Below, one piece after another: positions 52,792 through 64,000 of a stretch of DNA of 64,000 nt. Source of the DNA: Azolla caroliniana (taxonomy: Eukaryota; Plantae; Polypodiophyta); the NCBI GenBank assembly GCA_043228905.1, contig JBHGNT010000021.1, positions 1,116,001 through 1,180,000 of the forward strand, read 5' to 3'. How positions within the stretch are numbered: position 1 is the stretch's first letter; every line of letters begins with the position of its first letter. A program made the translations under genes and the position numbers. The notes beneath the pieces were generated by a model. The model did no database searches, was not told the origin of the DNA, and was given only the letters and a program-made list of their open reading frames with translations.

Positions 52792-55700
52792 TGGGTGGAA
52801 ATAACGCTCGGCCACAATCGAGTCTTCAATAAGAAATGGAAGAGAACAAACTAAAACAGAGATGACACATAATGTTAACGTGGAAAACCCTAAATGGGAA
52901 AAACCACGGGAGCCCATAGACTCCAACTATCACTATGAGAGGAGGAATACAATGTGAGACTCAAAGGCAACGACCTCGAGCTCTATGTCTTCGCCAAACC
53001 GGCGGTTACAACTTAAAACTAGTTCTCTCTCTCTCTCTCTCTCTCTCTGTATACTACAATCTACAACAACACCATCATCGCAATCTAATTGCCCTAATTC
53101 ATATTTATACTTATATGACTTTTGGGCTATTTACAAATATGTCCTTGGATCTGGTTCGCACCGGATCCATCCAGAATCACTGGTTCCGGTTTCTGGATCT
53201 TATCCGGAACCCTTCCGAATCCGGCTGGATCCAGAGGGACCGAATTCCCAACATAGTTCCCCTTCACTCCGACATGGGATTTCTCGTTAATCTGATCTGT
53301 CTTTGGCACATGTCCAGCTTGTCGGTTGGAAGCACCTTGGTCAACATATCCGATCCGTTCTCCTTCGTGTGGATCTTCATCAGCATGAAGTCTTGATCTT
53401 CTACTCTCTCTCGGATCGAGTGATACCTCCGCTGGATGTGCTTTGTTCAGGAATGGTATGCTGCGTTCTTTGCAAGGTGGATGGCACTTTAACTGTCACA
53501 GTAGAGCCAGTATTCCTCCTGTCGGACCCCTAGCTCTCCGATGAAGTCCTTCATCCAGATTACTTCCTTGCCGGCGTCCACAACTGCCATGTACTCCGCT
53601 TCCGTTGTCGACAGTGCAACGGACTACTGCAGCCTCAAATTCCAAGATACGACTCCCCTTGCATAAGTGATGACATATCCGGACGTAGACTGGTTGGTAT
53701 CCGCATTAGCCAACATATCCGAATCCGTGAATCCATCAAGTTGGGGTTTACTGGAGCCAAACCAAAGGCATATACTCGAGGTGCCTTTCAGATATCGGAT
53801 TATCCACTTGACCACGTTCTAGTGCTCTCTTCCCGGATTGCTCATGAACCGGTTGACTACTCTGACAACATATGCAATATCCGGTCGAGTGCACACAATT
53901 GCGTACATCAAGCTTCCGACAGCAGAGGCATATGGTATCTTCTTCATATCCATCTTCTCTGCCTTTGTCTTCGGGCTTTGCTTTCCAGATAGTTTGCAAT
54001 TTGCCGGGAGACTGTGTCGATCCGACCGGTTTTGCATTCGACATGTTGAACCGCTGAAGTACCTTTGTCACGTACTTTTCTTGTGACAACCACAATAGCT
54101 TCTTCTTCCGGTCCCGGATGATGTGCATCCCTAAGATTTGTCTTGCTGGACCCAGATCTTTCATGGAGAAGGTTCGGTTCAGAGCCTTCTTCAACATTCG
54201 TATCTTGATTTGGTCTCATCGGACGATCAACATGTCATCCACATAAAGTAGGAGTATCAGGAAGTCGCCTTCATCAAATTTCTTCACAAACACGTAGTGG
54301 TCCGCTTGCGTCTTGTGGTACCCTTGGTCAGTCATGAAGGAGTCGAACTTCCGGTACCATTGTCGGGGGGCTTGCTTCAATCCGTATAAGCTCTTCCTTA
54401 GCCGGGATACTAGGTGCTCCTTCCCTTTCCTCTCAAATCCTTCCATGTAGATCTCTTCTTTGAGGTCACCATGTAGTAATGTTGACTTGACGTCCAGTTG
54501 CTCCACCTCGAGGTCCATGCTTGCCGCTATGCTCAATACCGTCCGGATGGATGTTATCTTTACTACCGGGGCAAAGATCTCATTGAAATCCACACCTTTC
54601 TTCTGCTAGAAACCCTTCACCACGATCCGAGCCTTCTACCTCATTGGATTTCCGGCGTCTCCCGGTTTCAGCTTGTACACCCACTTATTCCGGAGTGCTC
54701 TCTTTCCTTTCGAGAGCTCCGTCAATTCATATGTGTGGTTCTCATGTAGGGAATCCATTTCGTCCTGCAGGGCACTTAACCACTTGCGGCTGTGGGTGTC
54801 TTTCTTTGATTCTTCGAAGCTTTCTGGCTCCCCCTCACCAGTCAACAATACGTGCTCTGCATCCGGAAATCTCTGGGGGGCTCTTCTCTCTCGGAGAGGA
54901 TATCTCCGACCTTGGTTTTCGGCAACCAGTTCCTCCATCTGTTCCGAATCTGAATCTAATTCGGGATCTTGTCTGGTTCCAGTGTCTTCTTCTTCTTCTT
55001 CTTCTTCTTCGGTCAGTTTGGTTTCTTGTCCGAATTTGGCCAGTTCATCGAGTGCCATCCGACTTCCAGCTAACATCCGGTTTTCAACCAGGTAAGTCCT
55101 TGTGTCCTCAAGCCGGTTTTCATTGGATGATACGAATTTCATCACCTTCTTCTCCGAATCCCAGTCGGCAATGGTCCTGTCTTCCATGAAGACTATATCC
55201 CGACTCCGGAACACCTTCTTGTCGACCAGGTCCCACACTCGATAACCAAACTCATCATCGCCGTATCCGAGGAATATGCATGGCTTGGACTTCGGATCCA
55301 ACTTTGCTCTCTTTTCCTTTGCAACATGCACATATGCGAGACACCCGAACACCTTTAGATGCCGGTAAGACACGTCTTTACTGGTCCATACTCTCTGTGG
55401 TGTGTCTCCGTCCAAGGGTGTTGAGGGTGATTTGTTTATCACATACATTGTCGTCATCAGTGCCTCAACCCAAAACGTCTTGGGTAGCTTTGTATGTGCC
55501 AGCATGTTCCGGACTCTCTCCATCACGGTCCGGTTCATCCGTTTCGGCCAGCCCGTTCAATTCCGACGTCTTCGGCACAGTGAATTCGAGCCGGATTCCC
55601 TTTGACCGATAGTACTCCTCGAACTGCCCCCGGTATTCTCCTCCGTTATCTGCTCGAACCGCCTTCAGCTTTCGGCCGGTTCTCTTTCCACTCTCGCATG

Positions 55701-57043
55701 GAGCTCCTTGAAGACAGATAACACGTGATCCTTTGTCTTTAGCGGTGAGACCCACAACTTCTGGCTGTGGTCATCTATGAACGTCACGAAGTACTGCGAT
55801 CCGGCATATGACTCCGATAACGGCCTCTTTGATGGGGACTCTGATACCGGCCTCTTCGATGGGGACTCCGATACCGGCCTCTTCCCCTGTAATGGTCATC
55901 TTCCATGACCAAGGCCTTCGGATCGGTTCCAGACTCTCGGTCCTTCCGGCGAGCTTCTTCATCTCGCAAGCTTGATTTTACCCTGGTTGGGGACAACTGC
56001 TTTCCTTCCGGCCCGACGTTGCCCAAAGTGACAACTAGCGTCTCCCAACTATCTGGGAGGGAACCGAGTAGGAGCAATGCAAGTACCTTGTCAGTTAGAG
56101 GTACTTCGAGTGAAGTTGTTTGGTTTACGAGCCCCGGAAATGCGTTCATGTGCTCCACCATGTTGGATCTGTCCTAGTACCGGAATCTCACTAACTTCCG
56201 GAATACCGAAACTCGATTTACGATGTTTTTACTCTCCAGCATGGTGCCGATTTTCTCCCAGAGCACTTGAGCTTTGCTTTCTTCATTGAAGTTGTTATAT
56301 AGGCTCATGTCGATGAAGCACCAGATGTATGTCGTTGTCTTCATGTGCATCACCTCCCATGTCGTGGCATCGATCTTATCCGGTTTTTGTTCCCCGAACT
56401 GTACCGGCAACCAGAGATCTTTGACTACGAGTAGGTCCCTCATCTTCGACTTCCACACTAGGTAGTTGGAGCCGATGAGCTTAAACATGCCGCCAAATGA
56501 TTCTTCCATTTCCTTTGTTCGCTCTGATACCAGATTATGCGGAAATAACGCTCAGCCACAACCGAGTCTTCAATAAGGAATGGAAGAGAACAAACTAAAA
56601 TAGATATGACACAGGATGTTAACGTGGAAAACCCTAAATGGGAAAAACCCGAGAGCCCATAGACTCCAACTATCACTATGAGGAGGAATACAATGTGAGA
56701 CTCAAAGGCAACAACCTCGAGCTCTATGTCTTCACCAAACCGGCGGTTACAACATAAAACTAGTTATGTATCTCTCTCTCTCTCTCGCTCGCTCACTCTC
56801 TGTATACAACAATATACAACACCATCATCATAATCTGATTGCCCTAAGTCATATCTATACTTATATGACTTTTGGGCTATTTACAAATATAGCCTTAGTG
56901 GGCTTATCCTAACATATTTACAAATATGTCCTTGGATCTAGTTCGCATCGGATCCATCCGAAATCACTGGTTCCGGTTTCCGGAACCCTTCTGAATCCGA
57001 CTTCTTCATCCGGATCCGATCCGGAGGGTCCGAAATTCCAACA
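52792..57043 (-). mobile_element. Ty1/copia LTR retrotransposon (Tto1/Tnt1-like), both LTRs present, decayed and internally deleted
   Basis: 5' LTR 57043-56536; PBS TGGTATCAGAGC (tRNA-iMet) 56532-56521; gag from 56509 (NYLVWKSKMRDLL); integrase (FVTFIDD, RADNGGEY, KVFGCLAY); RT (LYGLKQAPRQW, YVDDM); RNase H; PPT ~53270-53254; 3' LTR 53253-52792. TSD tttcc/cttcc (4/5). Confidence 0.95.
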
Positions 57044-57585
57044 CTTCCGGCGAAAGATTAATACCTACCTGACATCCCAATTATCTTATAGGTTTACCAT
57101 GCAAAATCCATTGAAACCCTTCTTGTGGACACCCCAAAGGGTTTACTGTGTTACCTACCCAGAACCCCACCGATTTATTCCAATTAATAACAGTTCCAGA
57201 AGCATAACAAAATGTATCGATAGCCTGTTGTACTCTAGAAAGATTATTGTGAGAACCTTGCAAATACAAGGTTGTATTATCAGCAAATTGACAATCCACA
57301 ACTTGTTCTTCTAACCATGGCCATTGTAGCCCTTTTATATTCACAGTATTACTTGTAAGAAAACTACTAAAAGCTTCTCCAATCTTCAAATATAAAAAAG
57401 GAGCCAACGGACATCCCTGTCTCATTGACCTCGAAATTGAGAATGCTTGGCCTAACTCTCCAGCTACTAATACCCTACTAGTAGCCGAGTTGTAAAGAGT
57501 TGAGACAATCGTTAACCATTGATTAGGAAAACCCAACTTTTCCATGGTACCCCTCAAAAAAGACCAATCTACTTTGTCATAGGCT
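57044..57585 (-). mobile_element. LINE RT fragment, target of the copia insertion (continues at ~52791-52757)
   Basis: RQGCPLAPFLY, FADN, then LGCQVGINLSPE | NHVAPLL reading across the copia. Confidence 0.88.
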
Positions 57586-59279
57586 ATTACTACATAATTG
57601 GCCTATAGTATTATTCATTATAGCAATACATTATAAGACAGATTTTATATAACTTAGACTTGTACATTGATTTCATTCAATTGTCTTTCCGATGCAACAA
57701 GTAGTTGCAAATGATGTCTTTATGATGAGACACAACATGTCTTAATGTGTCCATTAGATGAGACACAATATCTTTTAGCAATTACAATTATTTAATTGTT
57801 TTATTATTTATTATTTTAACACCTCCCACTTGGGTGTCTAGTAATTCCACTCTAGTTTGGATGATTTTCAACTTTAAACATAAAAGACCAATTGACATCA
57901 TTTATGATTGATCATACAACTAGACACAATGGAAAATGTCTTAGATTGTCCAATTGGGCACCAAACACCATGAAATTATCAAGAAAAACTTTGCATAAAT
58001 GGGAGAATATATGGTTCTAATATTTTAACTACAATTCTTGAATTATGGGATTAACTTGAAGCTTGATTTGGCAAGGGATAATAGCATTCTGAATATGTGG
58101 AAAGGGTAGACAACGACATGGTATGGAGGAGAAGATCCTTAATGAGGCTGAGTGGTCATATCAAGATAGTGTGCTTCATTCATAACTAGAAGGGACACTT
58201 ATCCCATGTCATAAGACCGATGGGAGACTTGCTTATCACAATGACACCATAGCTTCAGACGATGAGCACATCTAGGGCATTGTAATTGTTGATTCAGAGT
58301 GTGATGACAAGGGAGTGGGCTTATCCATGATGGATTAACCAATGGTCGTGTTGACGTAGGGTTCAAAGAAGACACATCTCTCAAGCAACATTAAGTGGCC
58401 TTGTGCACATTGAGACATGAAAGTTGCACTTAGGAACCCTTTCACCTGTCATCCTACACACACATATTCTATGACAATTTATGAGAGTGCAAAAAAATTT
58501 AAAATTCTAATCTTCCCTAGTCCAAGAGCTGCACACTCCCATTTGCCTCTTTCACACATTTCACAATGTCTTTATGGGGATCGTGCAACTCAAAGTCATT
58601 CATGTAGTGAATGTAGGCCATCTTTTGGCCAATATGTTCACTTTTATATTTTTTTCTTATTTAACTAGATTACAACTATTTCCCTTTCATACTTTAGAAG
58701 GGCATAAAGGTTTATAGATATTATATTTATACCCCTACTAGTGATTTGGAATTTCGGAGGACCTACTAGTGATTTGGAATGTCTGAACCCAAAGGAGAAA
58801 TAAAGTCTGTTTAAGTGCAAAGTGGTCTGAGCTCATAATGATCAAGCATAAATGATTCCAAATGGTTCATGATTGTGGGGGAACATGAAGTGGAAGTCAG
58901 TAATGGACTACTACTACTCCTTTCCACTAGGTGAATGTGTGATTCTACAGAGGCATCCACTTGCATTATCCTTCTTCTTCGTTTTCCCTAAAGAGATATG
59001 CCTTGGTATTATAAAACCATAAGAAATACAAAACTTGTGTTGGATAAACGAGTATACCATAGCCGATTTCATGTGTATATACAAGAACTACACATATTTG
59101 TACACCATATCTTCAATATTTTTATGGTCTACTTCTCCCAAATTGCAAATGACCATGCAATGTAACCTATAACACCAACATCTTTAGCAACAGAATCCAT
59201 AAACCAAAGTTAGTAGACATTGTTTCCCAAAATGATGGGAACAATATACATCCATATAATTTATTTGATCTCCATCTTC

Positions 59280-61960
59280 CCTAAATGAGCATTGATCCCA
59301 TAACCTTTTAAAATGCTTTTGCTTCCTGAAAATGACATCAGCTTTGTCTGCAAAACTTTCGTACTGACCACGTAATGTATGAATAAGTAACTACTAGAAC
59401 TAAGCAATTATAATAGAAACATCATGAGTGATGTTGTCAAAAACAGATGTACATTGTGCCTTCCAAATTATCCACATCATAATAGATGAAATTGTCTTCC
59501 AAATAATATCAACCCCTAAATTGCAAACTATCAAACAAAAAAAGTTGAACCATTTGTATATGAGGAACTATGTGAAAGGCTTCCACTATATCCTCCTTTT
59601 CATATAATAACAGTTGTCCCTCTAGAAAGTGATCACACAATTAGCATGTATGAAAATCAATAGCCTTAATACTCTCTTCCATACTTGTGTGATTTTAGGA
59701 CAAGACCACAATACATACTTAATTGATTCCATCATACATCCACAACCAAATCCACAAGACTTACTATTTAGTTGTCGTAACCAGGACCGAATCGGTAGTG
59801 CATAATGGATCAATAACTTGTGAAAAAGTACAATCAATAACCGATTTTTGTTAGGAATCATAAGGGCATGGGATGGGATCAAGCCATTTCTAATTAAGGA
59901 GAAGCCTTCTACTTGGGATGCATTGCTTAATCAGCCTCTTCTTGGAAATTCTCTATTTCGAGATAATGTAGGAAAAGTGTTGGGTCTTAGAACTCACCTT
60001 GCCTAGGGTAAACTGGATATTGGGCCAGCTGCATTTGTAAGCACTTGGATTCAATTCCAACAGATGTCACAAGTAGATCGCCTTGCGCATTTACAAGTTC
60101 TTCATGGAGCCAAGATAATGATGGCTGCCATTTCGGCGTCACATTCCTCATTAGTGGCGACCTTCGAACCTATACATGAGCATTTTTGGTTTGGATTCTT
60201 CATAAATGATATATTGTTGGTTGTCAAGGGTATCTCACCTAATGGGCGCATTTCTTATTTTGAGGTTCTTGATAACAATAGAATGCAACCTCATGCCTTT
60301 GACTGTAACTATTTTTAGCACGCGCGGAATGCACTAGTCAAAGTGCTTTTGGGAAAGAAGTGGTTGCTTGATCCTTATCCTTCTATCGCTCATATATGTT
60401 ATATGATGTGGTTGTATGCAAAAGAACCTGTTGCAAGACTACTATGGGATCCGGGGGGTTGGTTCTAGGCATATTCCTTGGGGGAACATATCATAAAGGT
60501 TCCCTTCTTTCAGTATTCAGTAAAGCTAGGAATGTCATTACTAAGGTCTGTGAATGTAATGGCGCCAACAACACAAAAACATCGAACTAACTGGGGTGTT
60601 TCAACGTTGCAGTTGAAAACATATTGGAGATGGATATGGTCTTTCAAGGGGCCCTCTAAATTTATTCTTTTTAGATGGCTATTCGTGCATGCAACATTAC
60701 TAGTTGGCTAGATGTTAAAAGGGAATGTAGCACATAACCTCAAGCAATGTGGATTTTGCTATGCAACGTCGGAGACTACTAAGCATGCCCTCTAGTCCTG
60801 TCCCTTGGTTTAGCAAGTATGGAATAAAGTCCTTTCTTTATTCCTAACGATCAATGTTGGTTGCTTGTTCTCATGGGGAGCAACGGTGTGGGGAATTTTA
60901 CACTCCAGCTTGATGTTGTATGAGGCAGATGATATACAAGAGGCCATGACGGTACATAACAGAATATTGATATCGGTTAGTCCATTTCAACAACCTCGAA
61001 AGCAGGTGCGATCTGTTCAGATCTGGAAAACTGTGACTACGATAACATTATGGGTATTATGGAAATGTAGATGCAGTCGACTTTACGATGCAGCAAAGCT
61101 TGGTCTGGTATTGCTTGAGATATGGGAAACATTGTTGACAGTAGTTCGTGGGCAATATGACAACATGTATAGTTCTCTAGAAAATATTAATAAAAGAAGG
61201 ATGAAGCTTCTTCACTTATGGAGGAAGGTGCCTCTCTTTGTAGTGACAAATCAAAGACCTCAATGGAACTATCATCTTGCATGGACCTTTTTTTGATATA
61301 AAACCAACATGCTAATGTATCGTATTAAGGTTCAACATCCCTGTATAAGTTGTTTTTGTATGTACATGTTTAGGTGTGCATACATTATGTTGTAAGCCTA
61401 CGAGTAGATAACTTTTACTTGTACTTGTTCGATGTTTTTAATACTATTGAAGAAAATCTTTCAAGAAAAAAAAAGTACAATCTTCCTGGGAATCTGCATA
61501 CTCCATAACCACTTCCAATATTTAGATTCATCCATTAAAGAGGTGTCATTCTCCAACCACACCATAGCAAATGGCGGATGTAGTTTCTTACTTAAGAGCA
61601 ACTTTCGTCCCAACTTCACAAAATATTGAAAAAACTGAATAAATTTAGTTTGAGACAAAGGATTTGTATGTTTCCAAAGATAATTTGATGGATCCCAATG
61701 TAGGTCCAAAATAACATACTATCAGAAGGAGAAGGATCTAAAATCCACCTTTTACCAGATTTACCAATCACTCTCACCAGATGTTGCAATGTCATTTGCC
61801 AAATCAACGATTCCACATCCGTTTGCCATAATCTTCCTCCCTCAGATACATCAAAATAATAACAGTCTCCTTGAGACATTGTTCCTTTTACTCCTATCAT
61901 AACACCAACCGGAGAAAAATGTATCCAAACCAAACATGCACAAAAGAAGGTGACCAATTA
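59280..61960 (-). mobile_element. LINE 3' fragment (host), interrupted at 59836-61469
   Basis: WDPSNYLW...YWKWLWSMQIPRKIVLF | HKLLIHYALP...CGFGC..MESIKYVLWSCP...IWKAQC is collinear with ORF2. Confidence 0.85.
59836..61469 (+). mobile_element. Nested antiparallel LINE with 13 bp TSD
   Basis: QPLLGN...PFFQYSVKLG...LWKCRC...VRGQYD...PQWNY and an A tail. TSD aaaaagtacaatc at 59823-59835 and 61470-61482. Confidence 0.88.
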
Positions 61961-63002
61961 GAGAGAAAATCCCCTAAAGATAACTGAATGAGGGGTCTTT
62001 ACTTTTCCTATTTTACACCTACTTTATTCTCTATTGCATTCTGACTATATACAGACCCACAAAACTTCCAACTCTACTACCATTGGACCTCTCTCCAATA
62101 CCATATATTGACATTTTGGCATTGCTCAATACAGCCACCAAAAGTAGCAGAGTTATAGTACAATTATAGTGAGTTAACTAGTGGTTTCTACCACATGTCT
62201 AAAAGTAAAGAATGACAAAAATTAATAACGAAGTATGGAGAATAAATTTTACACACTATATTACTATCATTATCAAGTAAGACTATTATTATAACATTTC
62301 TTCTTCAACAGTAAATAAAAAATCAACTCCCTTTTACAAGTCCTAGTCTTGATATAGTTATGATTAGAGAGTTCATACTAGAGTGACTGATAAACATTTT
62401 TTTGTATTGTATCCTATGATGAAAATCTTCGACCAAAAGGACATGACCAGCAATTTGCAACATGTAAGAACCCTATATCCACATGATGGGCACATTGGCA
62501 TGTTAGCAACTTTCTATGATTAGAATTAGTGAGTTTGCATCAATTAACCAAAACAATAACAAAACTAGGTAGCAAGACAAGCCTTCATTAATGCATCTAG
62601 CTAAAGTTGAAGATCCCAAATTCTAAAATATCCCATGACTTCTATAACCTTGTATCTCCCATAACTTTCAACATTGTTCCTAACCTTCAAGAATTTTACG
62701 TTGTCGCGGTATTCCGCAGGTACGTGTAGGATCTAGGGCGGGACCATCGAGGTCTTGAACAAAGAAGCTGGTAAAGAGAGAGTGAACAGTTTATCCAGAT
62801 CCATCTCCGGATATCTTTGCCGATAAACATTACGGGCATGTCACCGTTCTGGTTCTGCTCATCGAAAGTCAAATGATAACTAGACGGACACATATGCGTA
62901 TACTGTTCTGGATCAAACGTTGGACACCGAAGAAGAGCACACAGGCTCAGACGCTCGAACTACTCTAACACGCAAATAGTTCCAGACCTGTCATCGGGTA
63001 AC

Positions 63003-64000
63003 TGTGCGGAATAGTGCTCGGCCACAACTGAGTCTTAACCACTCGATGGAAGAAACAAAACAGAAATGAAGATTAGTACACTTACACAGAGTGAGACAAC
63101 ACCATATGTTAACGTGGAAAACCCTAATAAGGAAAAACCACATGGGAGCCCAAAAACTCAAACTATCACTATGAGAGGCAGGATACAATGTGAGACTCGG
63201 AGGCAACGATCTCGAGAACTATGTCTTCCCCAATTGACGGTTACAACAGAAAATCTTTTTGTCTCTGTCTCTCATTGTCTGTACAACAATAATGATAACT
63301 ACTACAACTCATCATAAACACTATGTGCCCTAGTTATATTTATACTCATATACCTTATGGGCTATTTACAAATATGACCTCAACGGTCATGTCTAAATAT
63401 ATTTATCAATATGTTCCTATATGTTAATTCATACTGGATCTGACTCCTCCGGTTCTCATCCGGAGGGACTTGTTTCCCAACAAACTCCCCCTTCATTACA
63501 GCATGGGATGCCTCGTCAGTCCGATACGTCTCAGGCATGCGTCCAGCTTGTCGGTTGACAACACCTTTGTCAGCATGTCCGACCTGTTCTTCTCCGTATG
63601 GATCTTCGTCAGCAAGAACTCCTTATCTTCTACCTTCTCCCCAAGCCAGTGATAACTTCTCTAGATGTACTTGGTCTGGGAATGGTAGGTCGCGTTCTTC
63701 GCGACATGAATGGCACTTTGACTATCGCAGTAGAGCTGGAATTCCTCTTGCTAGATCCCTAGCTCTCCGATGAAGTCCTTCATCCAGATTACCCCTTTAC
63801 CGGCTTCTACAACCGCCATGTACTCCGCTTCCACTGTCGATCGTGCAACGGACTTCTGCGGCCCCAACTGCCACGATATAGCTCCCCCTGCATATGTCAT
63901 GACATATCCTTATGTAGACCGGTCGGTATCCGCATCAGCTGACATATCCGAATACGTGAATCCTTCAAGTTGGGGTATTTCTGAGCCAAATCGGAGACAC
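63003..64000 (-). mobile_element. 3' end of a second, related Ty1/copia element (3' LTR 63003-63482, PPT, RNase H), running off the window
   Basis: LTR TGTGCGGAA...CCCAACA is homologous to 52792-53253; PPT aactccccctt follows; minus strand reads SVARSTVEAEY and KVEDKEFLLTKIHTEKNRSDMLTK. Confidence 0.92.

Overview
Eukaryotic, repeat-rich nuclear DNA from a land plant, most likely a fern. This is inferred from the style of the PLS-PPR genes, a WUL-like WOX gene and a 5S fragment with non-seed-plant helix IV; it cannot be proven from sequence alone. Five host genes are supported: (1) a spliced RAMP4/SERP1 gene missed by the ORF track (minus strand, coding part of exon 1 is just the ATG); (2, 3) two PLS-class PPR genes that end in the E region with no DYW domain; (4) an intronless WUS-clade WOX gene lying between them; (5) a His/Pro-rich extensin-like gene. 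The rest is mostly transposon debris: many L1-type LINE fragments (two nested antiparallel with TSDs), a both-LTR but internally deleted Ty1/copia element, the 3' end of a related copia, a Mutator-like MITE, two hAT-like MITEs and local tandem repeats. The most unusual signals are a 5S-rRNA-derived Pol III promoter module inside a ~1.2 kb non-coding LTR-like block, a near-perfect ~136 bp-arm hairpin just downstream of PPR2, an in-frame 5x expansion inside a PPR L motif, a possible dual-frame exon in PPR1, and a shared T-tract/GG/poly(A) end on diverged LINEs. I cannot demonstrate a wholly new system; these are ranked hypotheses. Coordinates were counted by eye and TE boundaries without TSDs are approximate.
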